64,000 nt of DNA from Candidatus Woesearchaeota archaeon (GCA_023898365.1 CP060219.1:932444-996443), one strand, 5' to 3'. Shown: positions 45,643 to 57,800, numbered from the stretch's first letter. The notes: generated by a model not told the origin, from the sequence alone. Numbers and translations are program-made.

Positions 45643-45951
45643 ATGCTTCTTCTCAAAAACGATGAAGAGCTTGCAGGATATGTTGCCTACAAATTATTAT
45701 CTAAGAAACGCTGGAAAATTATTGGAATTGCCATAAAAAAAGAGTATAGGAAGAAAGGATTTGGCGAGAAACTCATCAAATCTGCTTTGACAAGAATTGA
45801 GAAAACTGGTCCAACTGCCATAATTGCACGCACAAGGGAATCGAACAGAGGATCTCAAGCCCTACTTACCCGAGTAGGTTTTGAAAAATATAGAACTATA
45901 CTTGATGACCGTGTTAATGGGGAAGCAACAATCTGGTTTCGGAAGAAATAG
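45643..45951 (+). CDS. Short GNAT-family acetyltransferase (possibly N-terminally truncated)
   Basis: It has the motif IGIAIKKEYRKKGFGEKLIKSAL but is only 102 aa. The reading frame stays open 147 nt further upstream without any ATG/GTG/TTG. Confidence 0.6.
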   Translation: MLLLKNDEELAGYVAYKLLSKKRWKIIGIAIKKEYRKKGFGEKLIKSALTRIEKTGPTAIIARTRESNRGSQALLTRVGFEKYRTILDDRVNGEATIWFRKK

Positions 45952-45962
45952 AGATAAGAAAC

Positions 45963-46055
45963 TGCTCCCGCCGGGATTCGAACCCGGGTCGTCGCCTTTC
46001 TCCAAATGAAACATTCGAGAGGGCGACATGATTGGCCGGACTACACCACAGGAGC
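45963..46055 (-). tRNA. tRNA-Glu (CTC) with an intron of about 18 nt in the anticodon loop
   Basis: The reverse complement begins GCTCCTGTGGTGTAGTCCGGCCAATCAT, the typical archaeal tRNA-Glu 5' half. It continues TCGCC-CTCTCG[AATGTTTCATTTGGAGAA]A-GGCGA, then CGAC, CCGGG-TTCGAAT-CCCGG, CGGGAGC-A. Confidence 0.8.
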
Positions 46056-46075
46056 ATAAAAAGAAAAAAAGAACC

Positions 46076-46360
46076 TTATACTTTGACAAGGGTTATGGTG
46101 ATTGTTGAGACGCGCACATCTTTTTCTTCTTTGTTTTTGAAATCTTCTGAGCTTGTCTCAATCTTTAATTTCTTGATTTTTCCTTCGAGAAATCGGTGAA
46201 CAGCAACTTCAACAATATCTACTGCTTTGGTGATAAACTTTCCACGAGCTTTTACAATAACTTCGCTTGCTTCTTTGGTGGTAAATTGCATAACAATGCC
46301 CGTCACATAATTCATGAACGGTTTGTTACCAACAAAAATCAAATTATCTTGCTCTTCCAT
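46076..46360 (-). CDS. albA: Alba DNA/RNA-binding chromatin protein
   Basis: NLIFVGNKPFMNYVTGIVMQF...VIVKARGKFITKAVDIVEV is the typical Alba core. Confidence 0.9.
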   Translation of the reverse strand: MEEQDNLIFVGNKPFMNYVTGIVMQFTTKEASEVIVKARGKFITKAVDIVEVAVHRFLEGKIKKLKIETSSEDFKNKEEKDVRVSTITITLVKV

Positions 46361-46370
46361 ACGTCATCCC

Positions 46371-46559
46371 TTATTCTTCTTTTTTTGCGAGTCGCGTGAC
46401 GTATCCTGCAATGATGTTTCTTAGTTTCTTACTCTGGACGTCAGTAAATGTTACGACTTTCTCTTTATTTTCCTTAAATTTCTTACTAAACGCTCCTGGA
46501 TGCTGTGCCATCAGATCCTGCGTCTTCGCTTTAATTACTCGAGTTTTAATTCTTCCCAT
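46371..46559 (-). CDS. rps17e: 30S ribosomal protein S17e
   Basis: MGRIKTRVIKAKTQDLM... in a 62-aa protein, typical of archaeal S17e. Confidence 0.9.
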   Translation of the reverse strand: MGRIKTRVIKAKTQDLMAQHPGAFSKKFKENKEKVVTFTDVQSKKLRNIIAGYVTRLAKKEE

Positions 46560-46713
46560 CGTACCACTTCGAAGCTGATATTTCTTTATAAATTTTGTTT
46601 TTTAGCAGCTTAGAAGGTCATTTTCAAGCGTTCAAGCTGCTCTTGCTCCTTTTACTGATTTGACATATGTTCTGTCAGAAAATTAAATAAAGAGAAGGCA
46701 TGTACGCAGAAAC

Positions 46714-47448
46714 GTGATGGATCTTAAAGACTTTGCTTTAGCATTTGCAGCTGCAAGAAAAGCTGGAGAATCGCTCGTCTTTTTCTGTACGTGCGCCATT
46801 ACCTATTCAGGAAGAGCTGAAGCTCGACTTGGAGAGGGTGAACGCCTTGTCGTCATTAAATCTGATGGCGTCTTGCTCATTCATCAACCTACCGGGGGCA
46901 TGCCTATTAATTATCTCAAAGCAGGATCAACGTTAACGCTAGAAAAAAAGGAAAAACATTACCTGCTTAAAGGAGTTTTTCAAAAAGAAATCCTTGAAAT
47001 TGACTTATATCGGGTTTTTTCTTGCATGTCAAGGCGTCTAGATGACGGGGCGAAACAAGTCCTTGCAGGCAATGAGAAAGATATGAGTGATATGATCAAA
47101 GATAATCCTCACCTCATCAGTCCCGATTTTATTCCGCTTTCTCGTGAAGAACACACCAAATTCGGGTTTATTGACGTGTTTGGGCATGATGCGAAAGGAA
47201 ACCTTATCATTATAGAGTGTAAACGGTTTACTGCTTCGCTTGCGGCAGTCACCCAACTTCGCCGGTATGTGGAAAAGATAAAGAGTTTGAAAGGCATTTC
47301 CAGCGTAACAGGCATTTTAGCTTCACCAACAATTTCTCCGAACGCCCTATCTATGCTTCAAGAATGGGGTTTTTCCTGGAAAGAAGTTCATCCTCCAAAA
47401 CGTCTTGAACATTTTAACAAAAAACAGCAGAAGCTTGATGCATTTTAG
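46714..47448 (+). CDS. nucS: Endonuclease NucS/EndoMS
   Basis: The N-terminal half-barrel segment is YSGRAEARLGEGERLVVIKSDGVLLIHQ. The C-terminal RecB-like motif is IDVFGHDAKGNLIIIECKR. Confidence 0.9.
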   Translation: MMDLKDFALAFAAARKAGESLVFFCTCAITYSGRAEARLGEGERLVVIKSDGVLLIHQPTGGMPINYLKAGSTLTLEKKEKHYLLKGVFQKEILEIDLYRVFSCMSRRLDDGAKQVLAGNEKDMSDMIKDNPHLISPDFIPLSREEHTKFGFIDVFGHDAKGNLIIIECKRFTASLAAVTQLRRYVEKIKSLKGISSVTGILASPTISPNALSMLQEWGFSWKEVHPPKRLEHFNKKQQKLDAF

Positions 47449-49115
47449 AGCGATTGTAACAATCCATCAAGAGACTGTAAAGAAACACCTTCTCGCGCAT
47501 GAGTTTCGTGAAGGGTTTCTAGACCTCTTTGCAGGAGAAGTGGTCGAGATGAGTCTCCAGATGTTTCAAGACCATATGCGGCTCTTGAAATGCTTTTAAG
47601 GACGCGAAAGAGTTCAATGTGGGCAAAAACTCGGGTGGTGCGAGGGTCATCAGTAAGTAAATGAAGGGAATATGCTTCTTGCAATCCTGATGTGCGGTAT
47701 TGTTCGTCCATCACCTCAAGAAGTTCAGTTCTTAGCTGTTCATACCCCTCAAAATCATAACGAACAGCAGCGGAAGTAAGTACATCAGCAGTAGTCAGTA
47801 AATGTCCTACATCTCCAAAATGGTCTTCTCCCGCACTACGCACATCACCTAAGTCACAAAAATACGCTTCCACCTCTCCTGATTCTTGAAGAACAAAACT
47901 TCCATTAAATATATGCGAATCTCCTTGAATATCCATGCCAAGCCAGCGAACAACGTCTGTGTGACCTGCCTGAAGAGATTCATGAAATTCCCTCTCATGA
48001 GCAGTGATAAATGATTTAATTTGTTCTGGATCTAAAGAAAGCGCACGTAAATATTGGATCATATTTCTTCTCATCCAATCAACGCCATGATAACGCAACG
48101 AGTCAACATATTTAACAGGGGGTTTTTGCATACGCTCCTCTTCAGTTAATGTGCGTTGGCTTCTGCGACCATTAATTTTAGTTAAAAGGGCAAGACGCAA
48201 CTCGTTATTGTACGCACTATATCCAATGTATGCTTTCAGAAGTTCATGCAAAGCTATGCGTCGTTGCTTTGCTGATTGAAACAAATCAGGTTTTTCAAAA
48301 AGTGAGAGGCCGGGCAATTTGCCCATGAGAATAAATTCTTCATCAGAAAGTCCATAAATATGGCTTGAAGAGAATCCTGGAATGGGTGTACGATCAAACG
48401 CGTCGATATGCACACCAAAGTATCTTGACGGGTGTGCTGCTGCGCGAAGATTGAAAAGCTCTCGATCAAACCCTGTCCGGTAGGGTTTACTTCCCTGTAT
48501 GGGGGTCTTAACAACAAGTGTTCCAAAATAAATTTTTCCTCTTGCGTCTTCAAAGCTAATATCATGAAAAGAAACTTTGTTTGTAAAAAGACCTGTGCGT
48601 GTACGGTTACTCGATTCATCTATTCTCAAATTTCGAAGTGGGCGAGCAGTATCTTGATCTCCAAAAATAGCAAGAGCTATTTGTTCAAGAGCAACTTTAT
48701 CGATCCCTTTAAGATTTTCTTGTACGTGAACAGGTTCTTCTCCCGCATGAAGACGCCGCATAGTTTCTTTTCGTCCATCAGCAGTGAGGCTGTCAATTTC
48801 AACAACTTGAATTTCTCCTGACTCGATTAATTTTCTTGATCTTCGCTCCGAAATCATGCCAAGCACTTGCGAACTTACAGAAACCGGAACTCCTTTGCGG
48901 CGAGCAAAAGCAAGCGATTCTTCTAACATTCGCAGATCGGTTTTTTTTACAGAAATGCCTGTTTCAATTTTATCAAGAGGGATAAGATCAGTTGGCGCAT
49001 AAACGGTAATGTGCTCTATTTCTTCATTTTGGCAAAGTCTCCGCACTATATTAATCAAATCATTTCGAGAGTTCTTTGATTTTACCATTCTTATCAAACA
49101 GATGTTTACTACCAC
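47445..49115 (-). CDS. Hypothetical two-part protein with a possible kinase-like (APH/ChoK-type) C-terminal half
   Basis: A 556-codon ORF. DIQGDSHIFNG resembles an HGDxHxxN catalytic loop, and FCDLGD resembles a DFG-type Mg site. The N-terminal ~150 aa are unrecognised. This is a weak, motif-only call. Confidence 0.35.
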   Translation of the reverse strand: MVVNICLIRMVKSKNSRNDLINIVRRLCQNEEIEHITVYAPTDLIPLDKIETGISVKKTDLRMLEESLAFARRKGVPVSVSSQVLGMISERRSRKLIESGEIQVVEIDSLTADGRKETMRRLHAGEEPVHVQENLKGIDKVALEQIALAIFGDQDTARPLRNLRIDESSNRTRTGLFTNKVSFHDISFEDARGKIYFGTLVVKTPIQGSKPYRTGFDRELFNLRAAAHPSRYFGVHIDAFDRTPIPGFSSSHIYGLSDEEFILMGKLPGLSLFEKPDLFQSAKQRRIALHELLKAYIGYSAYNNELRLALLTKINGRRSQRTLTEEERMQKPPVKYVDSLRYHGVDWMRRNMIQYLRALSLDPEQIKSFITAHEREFHESLQAGHTDVVRWLGMDIQGDSHIFNGSFVLQESGEVEAYFCDLGDVRSAGEDHFGDVGHLLTTADVLTSAAVRYDFEGYEQLRTELLEVMDEQYRTSGLQEAYSLHLLTDDPRTTRVFAHIELFRVLKSISRAAYGLETSGDSSRPLLLQRGLETLHETHAREGVSLQSLDGLLQSL

Positions 49116-49176
49116 TAGATAAGAATTATTTCTTTATATACTTTATTGCATTTTAGCACATTTTGCGAAGAAAACA

Positions 49177-51804
49177 TCAATCTTGCTGATTGGTGAGATG
49201 CTTGACATATTCAGAAACAAACTTACCAATACCAAAGATTCCTGCAGACACGATCACTATATGACCCCATTCAAAGATGGTGAGTGGAGTAAGTTTGAAG
49301 ATAAGGTTACCAATTGGCGTATAGATTAATAGAAGCTGGAGAGCAAGAATAAGAAGAATAGAGTAATTTAAGTATTTGTTCGAGAGCATGGCCGTGTGGT
49401 ATTGATCTCTAATCATCATGAGTCGAACAATTTCAAGCACGACAAGGGTTGTTACTGCCATTGTCCAAGCTTTCTCCGGTGAATGGGCAAGACCAACAGA
49501 GAATAAGTAAAGTGTTGCTGCCGTAAGAAGAATGCCAATGGCAATAATATTATAGAGCATGTTTCTTGTGATGATATGTTCTTTTGGATCTCGAGGTTTT
49601 CGATTCATTATTCCTTTATCAATAGGATCAACGCCCAATGCTAACGCGGGAAAACCATCTGTAATAAGATTAATCCAGAGAAGGTGAATGGCAAGCAAAG
49701 GAAGAACAAGAACACCGTTATACATGAAACCTATGAGCATTGCTACAAAGAGAACAAGAACTTCACTAAAATTACTTGAAAGAAGATAATTGACAAATTT
49801 TTTCATATTGTCATAAATACCTCGTCCTTCCTCAATAGCATTGACAATGGAAGAAAAATTATCATCAAGCAAGAGCATATCACTTGCTTCTTTTGCAACG
49901 TCAGTTCCGGAAATGCCCATGGCAATACCAATGTCAGCTTTTTTGAGTGCAGGAGCATCATTTACCCCATCTCCTGTCATCGCAACAATATGGCCTTTTT
50001 GTTGAAGAGCGTGCACTATCTTTAATTTATCTTCTGGATTAACGCGTGCATAGATGCCTATATCTTCAATTACCTTATCAAGATCAACTTTATCAAGGTC
50101 TTTTGCTTCAAGAGCACTTCCTTCAATACCGAGTTGTCTTCCAATTGCAACTGCTGTGCCAAGATGATCACCAGTAATCATGATTACTTTTATTCCTGCT
50201 CGCTTGCTCTTTGCAATTGACTCGGCCACTTCAGAACGAGGAGGGTCCATCATGGCAAGTAAACCAGTAAAAATTAATTTTTGCGCATAATCATTCTTTG
50301 ACTTTACTTTATCGTTATACGCAAATCCGAGCACACGCAAGGATTGTTCAGAAAATTTGTGAACAACACTTAGTAATTCTTTTTTTCGTTTGGGTGTAAG
50401 TTTGGAGACTTTTCCATTAACACTTATTTTTGTGCAATGCTCTAAAATAACATCTGGAGCTCCTTTCACATAACTTACTTTTTTGTTCTTTATCTTGTGA
50501 ATGGTTGCCATGCGTTTGTCACGAGAATTAAACGGAAGTTCATCAACTCGCTTTAGTTTATCTGCAACACCAGTAAACAGTCCAATACGATGACAGAGCA
50601 GTAAGAGTGCGGATTCGGTTGGGTCACCGGTCTTTTTTATCTCCCCTTCTTCTTCATACACAGAAGCATCATTACAATGCATACTCGCTGCTAAGAGTTC
50701 TTTATGAAGATATCTCTTAGCTTTTGCAATTTCCTTATCGTTCTTTAATGACACTACTTTATTGTTCGTCCAGGCTTTAACAACCGTCATTTCATTCTTT
50801 GTTAACGTGCCTGTTTTATCTGTACAAATTACCGTAACACTGCCTAATGTTTCAACTGAGGACAATCGTCTCATCAAAGCATTTTTTTTGACCATCTTTT
50901 GTATGCCAAACGCAAGAGCAATAGTAATAACAATCGGTAATCCTTCCGGAACAGCAGCAACAGAAAGACTTACAGCCGTAAGAAACATCTGGACAAGAGA
51001 GCCTCCTTTAAGAAGACCAACGATAAAGATAATGACTGAAATGACAATGGTAAGAAGTGCAAGGAATTTTCCAAGTGAAGCAAGTTTTAACTGCAATGGC
51101 GTGTGCTTTTCTTTTTGTGAAGTCACTAATTTGGCAATTTTTCCAACTTCTGTTTGCATACCAGTTGAGACAATAACTGCAACACCTTTACCTGAGACAA
51201 TGTTTGTGCCTGAAAACACCATGTTGATGCGATCACCAAGCTGGGCTGTTTCTTTGACAATACTAACTGTCTTGCGCACCGCATCACTTTCGCCTGTTAA
51301 TGCTGATTCTTGCACGCGAAGTTCGGTTGCTTCAAGAAGTCGCGCATCTGCAGGCACTTTATCTCCTTCCTCAAGAAAGATTATATCTCCGGGAACAACA
51401 TCCTTACTATCTATTACTTTTTTTTCATGGGCTCGCATTACGCGGGTTGTTTGCGCGACTAATTTTTGTAACGCCTCAATCGCTTTTTCAGCTTTAAACT
51501 CTTGCAAAAAACCCATGACTGCATTAAGTATAAGAATTGATAGAATAGCAATGGCGTCAACCCATTCACCAACTAAGCTCGAAATAATTGTTGCAACAAT
51601 GAGAATAAGAATAATAGGGCTATTAAATTGTGAAAAAAATATTCTTAAGGGAGAGGTGTGCTTTTCTAATGAGAGAATGTTCTGACCATACTGCTCAAGG
51701 CGTTTCTTTGCTTCATCATCAGAAAGACCGCCAATTTTTACCCCAAGATGAGTAAGGCAAGCAGTAGTTTTCATTGCATGATAAGAAGTCATACTATTCC
51801 CCAC
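49177..51804 (-). CDS. P-type cation-transporting ATPase (type II, Ca2+-ATPase-like)
   Basis: LTGES, the phosphorylation site [14 protein letters not shown] and [21 protein letters not shown] are present in an 875-aa protein with about 10 TM segments. The listed start is GTG; an ATG follows at 51792. Confidence 0.92.
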   Translation of the reverse strand: MGNSMTSYHAMKTTACLTHLGVKIGGLSDDEAKKRLEQYGQNILSLEKHTSPLRIFFSQFNSPIILILIVATIISSLVGEWVDAIAILSILILNAVMGFLQEFKAEKAIEALQKLVAQTTRVMRAHEKKVIDSKDVVPGDIIFLEEGDKVPADARLLEATELRVQESALTGESDAVRKTVSIVKETAQLGDRINMVFSGTNIVSGKGVAVIVSTGMQTEVGKIAKLVTSQKEKHTPLQLKLASLGKFLALLTIVISVIIFIVGLLKGGSLVQMFLTAVSLSVAAVPEGLPIVITIALAFGIQKMVKKNALMRRLSSVETLGSVTVICTDKTGTLTKNEMTVVKAWTNNKVVSLKNDKEIAKAKRYLHKELLAASMHCNDASVYEEEGEIKKTGDPTESALLLLCHRIGLFTGVADKLKRVDELPFNSRDKRMATIHKIKNKKVSYVKGAPDVILEHCTKISVNGKVSKLTPKRKKELLSVVHKFSEQSLRVLGFAYNDKVKSKNDYAQKLIFTGLLAMMDPPRSEVAESIAKSKRAGIKVIMITGDHLGTAVAIGRQLGIEGSALEAKDLDKVDLDKVIEDIGIYARVNPEDKLKIVHALQQKGHIVAMTGDGVNDAPALKKADIGIAMGISGTDVAKEASDMLLLDDNFSSIVNAIEEGRGIYDNMKKFVNYLLSSNFSEVLVLFVAMLIGFMYNGVLVLPLLAIHLLWINLITDGFPALALGVDPIDKGIMNRKPRDPKEHIITRNMLYNIIAIGILLTAATLYLFSVGLAHSPEKAWTMAVTTLVVLEIVRLMMIRDQYHTAMLSNKYLNYSILLILALQLLLIYTPIGNLIFKLTPLTIFEWGHIVIVSAGIFGIGKFVSEYVKHLTNQQD

Positions 51805-51831
51805 ACCTCACTCCAATTTGATATACTGCGA

Positions 51832-51839
51832 TTTATAAA
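51832..51839 (-). promoter_or_regulatory. TATA box TTTATAAA upstream of the P-type ATPase gene
   Basis: Located 28-35 nt upstream of the GTG at 51804. Confidence 0.45.
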
Positions 51840-51859
51840 AGTTGTCAAAAGAAAATAAG

Positions 51860-51867
51860 AAAAAAAA
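51860..51867 (-). terminator. Oligo-T (T8 on the minus strand) just downstream of the giant ORF stop
   Basis: An A8 run on the plus strand lies 12-19 nt past the TGA at 51879-51881. Oligo-T tracts act as archaeal terminators. Confidence 0.35.
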
Positions 51868-51878
51868 TATCGACGTGT

Positions 51879-54800
51879 TCACTTATGGTTGTGCAAGTGA
51901 CGATGCTTTTTCTTGTCATGCCACCAATGGCTGACAACAATCGCAAGGATTGCAAGCAAACCAAGGGCAAGGAATAACGCACCAGTTCCTTTTTGGCTGA
52001 GAAGATCAGCTAAACCTTGACCTTCATCGTCAGTATCGCTCGTGTCAACATCTGTGGTATCAAGTTGTTCGCCAAGACCGTCACCATCATTGGTTGTATC
52101 AGCAACACTTGCAGGCTCCTGATCAGGTATGGTTTCAGGTGCAGTTTCTACTTCTTCTTCAGGCTCTTCTTCAGTCGCTGGAAGCGATGGACTTGAGGAG
52201 GAACTAGGTGTCGTTTCCTCTTCTGCTGGTGTTGAGGATCCAGGACAAGCAGTTGCTCTCCAGACTCCTGAACAGATGTAACCACTATCACGATAGACAT
52301 TCAAACTATCATAACAACCTTGCGTTACCGCGGCGTTGGTGAAAATGTCCGCACAAAGGAGTCTGTCTCCACTCAAACCATAGCTTGAGAAGTGCGTCAC
52401 ATTTGCCCACACATAGTTATGTGACTCATTCACGCCTGTTGCATTGACAAAGTCCATCGCTGAGGATAACCGAGACCACGTATGGTTTGTCTCATTATAC
52501 CAACTCAGGAACAGTCCTGTTTCATTCAAACCAGACTCGTTTACTTCTTCATCCGTATAATACATGCGCAAGATCACCCATCTGATAGCAGCTGTCAAAT
52601 CAGCACTCTCATCAAAGGTGATGTATTTGAGCGAATCATTGATAGTTGTATTATCATACGGACTTTCTTCATCCAGCGTAATGTTCATTGCACCATTTCC
52701 AACAGAAGCATTTGTCGAAATGTTCACCGTAGCATTAACTCGTGATCCGTTAATCACAATGCTTTCATTTGCATTCGCTTCGATGTTTTCAAATCTGACC
52801 ACTTCAACAACACTTACGTTCGTCCTTGTTCTTACCACATTACCTGCAAGGTCGATAATAGATACATTAAATCTATATCTGCCAAGCGTGTCAAATGGCT
52901 CAAACGTGTATGTATACCTATTGTTTGTTGGTGATAATGTATACGCAGTCCTTGTTCCATTTGGATCTGTCACATTCAATGCAGCATACAAGCTTCCCGT
53001 TGCCGAGAAGTTAAGTGTCACTTCATCAACACCTTGTTGTGGTCTTGCAGGAAGAGCAAGAGCTGCTTGCGTTACAACTGGCGCTGTCGTGTCAACATTA
53101 ACCGTTAATGTTTTTGTTGCTTCAACATTACCCGCAGCATCAACAGTGCGATACTTGATCGTTCTATTATTCGTTTCCTTAAACGTATAATTCGTAGCTG
53201 CAACCCATCCAGTTGTACTGTTTCTCCAGATAAGTGTTGTTCTGTTTGAACCACCACTTGTTGAAGTAAACGATGCAAGCACGTTAGTTGTGTAATAACC
53301 GTTTCTTCCATTCACACTTGAAGGTGAAAGAGTGTAACTTGTTACGGGCACCGTACTATCACGATAGATATAATCTGTGCTCGTGTTTGTCTTACCACTT
53401 TCATCTGTTGCAACAACCGTTATGGTGTTGTTCGCATTATTGGTTAGCGATATTCTCTTATAATACACAGTTCCATTATACGACGCAACTAAACCGTTCA
53501 CACGAACATCTTTCAAGTTAGTATCATTTGCAGTAGCAGTTACATTAATGCTGTTTGCTGTTGTGTACGCTGGTGTGATGTTAAACATCATCTCTGGCGT
53601 TACACTGTCAACCACAATGGTTACTACGCTTGTCACATTATACCCTGTTGAAGAGTTTGCCCATACATATAAGGTAAGTGAAGCAGATTCTACTCCATTA
53701 ACAGTGTAATTTGCAACTCCACCGCTTATCGATGTTGGCGTTACGTTATCTGTTGAATTAAACCAGGTAGTGTCTGAGTTCATCACTTGAATGTTCACCA
53801 AACTACCATTACTTAAGTAATCACCATTGCTAATGTTAAAGACTATGGTTGGCAACGTGTCATTAATAACCACACTATAACTCGTATCTTCAACAGTATT
53901 ACTATACACATCTTCTGCTCTGATGGTTACCGTATATGAGCCATCTGTTGCTGGAAGTGTTGACCAGGTTCCCGTATAAGTTGATCCTGATGCGGTCATG
54001 GTAACATTCGATCCATTCAAATCTGCGGTTACACTTGTCAATGGATTCGTGTCAGTCACGCGCGCAGTCACCGTCACACTCGTTGTTGTTGTTCGTGCAG
54101 GATTTGGTGTTGCGTAAATATTGCTAACAACTGGCGAAGCGTTATCATAGTTAACGTATGCAGTTGTGCTACCTGCATTTCCAATTCCATCTCCAACTTG
54201 AACTGCAATTGTGTTCACTCCTTGTAAGAAAGAAGTGATTGTGTAATTCCAGTTGGTTCCACTCACATTGGCAACGGTCGTGTACGCGCCGCCATTAATA
54301 CTGATATTTATTGATGACGTCGTTTCACTTGTGTTACCAATTACCATCAGCGTGCTTGACGAATAATTCAATCCATCGCTTGCAGGTGTTGTTATCGTGA
54401 CTGTTGGCAACGTATTATCTACAATCAGTCTTACTGAAGCAGTGTGTGTTAAAGCACCATGTTCAGTCGCCCTAAATGAGAGGTTATATGTGCCATCACT
54501 AATACCTGCCGTATCCCAGGTGTACGTGAAATTATACAAGGTATTATTTGCAATAAATCCTTGCGACGTGCCATTTCTAAACACTTCCATGACCACACCA
54601 GGTGCAGAACTGCTCACATTAATACTTTGTATTCCTGAAACTGTTTGGTCGTTGGTATGTGTTAGTACAGAAACTACAGGTGCTGTCGTGTCAACAATAA
54701 CTGTCTTCGTGTATTGTTTTCCCGTCACTCCGGAATTATTATTTCCCGCATTGTCAACCGAGTACGCAATAATATTGTAGGTTCCATCACTGTTCAAGTT

Positions 54801-57800
54801 AAATGGTACCGTGTATGCCGTGTATGAAGTTCCACCGTTTGTTGAATAATACGTTCCAGCAATGCCCGAGTCACCATAGAGTTCTGGTTCTGTAACGGTA
54901 AGTGCAACTGTTGCTGCTGTTACATAGACGCCGTTTGATTTAGTTCCATTAATTACTCCCGTAACTGTTGGTGCGACTTTATCGATAGAGTACGAAACAT
55001 TTCCTGTGGTCATGGTGCCAAGCGTATCATTTGCTCGGTAACGCACCACACCAGTTCTGGTCACATTAAATGGTGCAGTATATGTTGTCCAAGATCCATC
55101 TCGTATTCTATATTGTAAGGTTGCCACATCACTTACTGCATCAACAGCTGACAAGTTAAGGAGTATATTTGTTGTGTACCAACTATTATCTCCTTCAGTG
55201 CCAGTCCAAATTGTTGGCGTGATAACTGGTCCTGCTGTGTCAACCGTTACATTGTAGGTGGATGATACACCAAGATTTGCGCTGTTGTCTAAGCACGTAA
55301 CATTCCAATCATATTGACCATCAGCTGCAAACGTGTACGCGTAGGTGTCTGCAAGACCGCTTGTCATTGATGCGTTGGTTGTTGTATTAATCAACTCATC
55401 AGTGCTGTTGTAAATGTTTAGTGTGCAACTAGCCAAACTCAATGCGTCAGTTCCTGTGTATGTAAAAGTTACTGCTCGTGATGTTGTCGCAGTATCATCT
55501 GCAGGTAAGGTTAATGCCACGCTTGGTCCGGTCGTATCATTTACTGAAATATTAATGATGGTGCTTGCAACAGATTGTCCCGCTAAATCATAGACGGTTA
55601 ATGACAACGCAACGCTTGATTCAACGTAATTTGCTGCGTTTGTCCAGGATACTGTCGTGTTCGCATCAGACGTAAACGAAACATTTGCTTGTCCAACACC
55701 ATTTTCTGCAAATTCAATATACCACGGATTCGCTTCGGTGACATTGATAATAAATTGCACCGCTTCTGATGAGTTAATTGAACTATTTGCCATAACTCCC
55801 GTTCTGTTTGCAGTTAATGCGTTAATTACTGGCGCAACTGAATCAATACCGATGTTTTGTTGGTTTGCAGTTTCCACGTTACCTGCTAAGTCAACACTAT
55901 AATACGTAATCGTCGTGTTTCCTTCACTTGAAACAGTAAATGGTGTCTGATCCCAATTCACAAGCGAACCATTGTTCACCCAGGTATTATTCGCATATAA
56001 TTCAGTGACACTAAAGTTTACACTAACACTTGAGGTATACCACGTGTTTGATCCTTGCGTTCCTGTTAGACTTATAGTTGTAACAGGATCGGTAAGATCA
56101 ACGATCAACGTTCGAGCTGTTGAGTTGGCCGTGTTTCCTGCTGCGTCCGTGCATCCAACAAGCCATGCATAGGTTCCTTGCGCAAAGCCAGAAACAGTGA
56201 TGTTCTGATTTGCAGCTGCAGACATTGAAGCATTAGTTGCATTCAAACTACCATTTACGTAAATACCGCAACTCAACGTTGCATCGTAAGCATCGCTCAA
56301 ATCAACGGTAAATTTCTGCGATGAAAGGTTCGTATACGCAGTTGCTGCAGGCGATGAAGCAGTTACCGTTGGAACGGTGGTGTCTACAACCGTTAACGTA
56401 ATGGTGCTCGTATTTGCCCACACTGAACTATCATTAGCTTGCATAGCTTCAACCTTGAACGTGTACGTGCCAGGTGTTGTGTCGCCAACAGTAAGCAATG
56501 CACTTCCTGATGCGGAGCTATCAAGGGTGATGTTACTTGCGTTTACTGTTCCCGTATCTGCACTGTTTATGTTGTACAATGTCAAGTTATACAGTAGCGC
56601 GTCAAGTGTTCCATTGTTGGTTACCGTCACAAGGAAGTCTTTCGTTGTTGATTCGTTAACTGAGGCGCTCGTTGCATTTACTGCAATGTGTACGCCGTAA
56701 ATCTCAGCTTCTGCAGTAGTAAAGGTATATTGTCCTGTTGTGTTACAGTTACCAGTTGCATCACAGCTTGTTACCGCATAATAATACAACGTGCCATTAA
56801 GCAAACTGCTAATAGTAAAGTTGTGTGCAGTAACTAAGCTTGCATTGCCTGTTGAACTACCGAGAGCAGATGTTGTGCCGTAGTTAATACTGCTATTTGC
56901 TGCTTCATCAGTAAGCCAGCCTATTGAGACAGACGTATCTCTTATGCTTTGATTTGTAACAGCAGTAATCACCGGCGCAACAGTATCGTTAACCGTTAAG
57001 GTCAACGTTGTAGTTGTAGCAGTAACAGTTGGCTCATCGTTCTTTGTTGCAGTAATAGTAAACTGGTATGTGCCAGGCGTCGTATCTCCAACAGTTAAGC
57101 TAACAAGTGCGCTTGCACCAATATCAAGCGTGACATTGCTCGTGTTAAGCGTTGCTGTATCAGCACTATTCGTGTTTACTCTGGTGATGTCATACGTGAC
57201 ATTATCGAGCGTTCCGTTATTTGTGAATAGCGCATAGAACACTGCAGTCGTTGATTCTGTTGCACTTGCAGTAGCACTAACAACAGTTGCATTCACATCA
57301 GCTCCTGAGGGAACAATTGTTGCTGCTGTTGTTACGGTGTATGGTCCTGTCGTGTTACAATTGTCATCTCCATCACAACTGGTAATATTGTAATAATACA
57401 ACGTGCTGTTAGTCAAACCAGTAACAGGAACGCTATGGTTTGTTGTAAGCGTTGCATTCGTAACAACACCATCACTTAAGTCAACCGTTGTACCATACGC
57501 AATGCTTGCATTCGCACTTTCATGTGTGGTCCAATTAACCACAAACGAAATGTTCGTGATACTTGCATTAACTACGCTTGAAATAATAGGCGCTTGCGTA
57601 TCCACAACAACCAACGTAATTGTTGGCGTCGTTGCAAACACCGCACCATTAGTAGACTGCGTAGCAGTTACCGTAAATTGATAGATGCCAGCATCAGGAT
57701 CACCTACCGTCAAAAGCACATCAGCACTAGCGCCGCTATCAAGCGTTAATGATGAATCATTAATCGTTGCAGTTGTCGCACTGTTAGCGTTAGTTCTGGT

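Noticed and set aside
45862-46089. 75-aa minus-strand ORF
   Set aside because: It overlaps the intron-containing tRNA-Glu (45963-46055) and the 3' end of the GNAT gene.
50762-51685. 307-aa plus-strand ORF
   Set aside because: It is antisense to the P-type ATPase, whose signature motifs are unambiguous.
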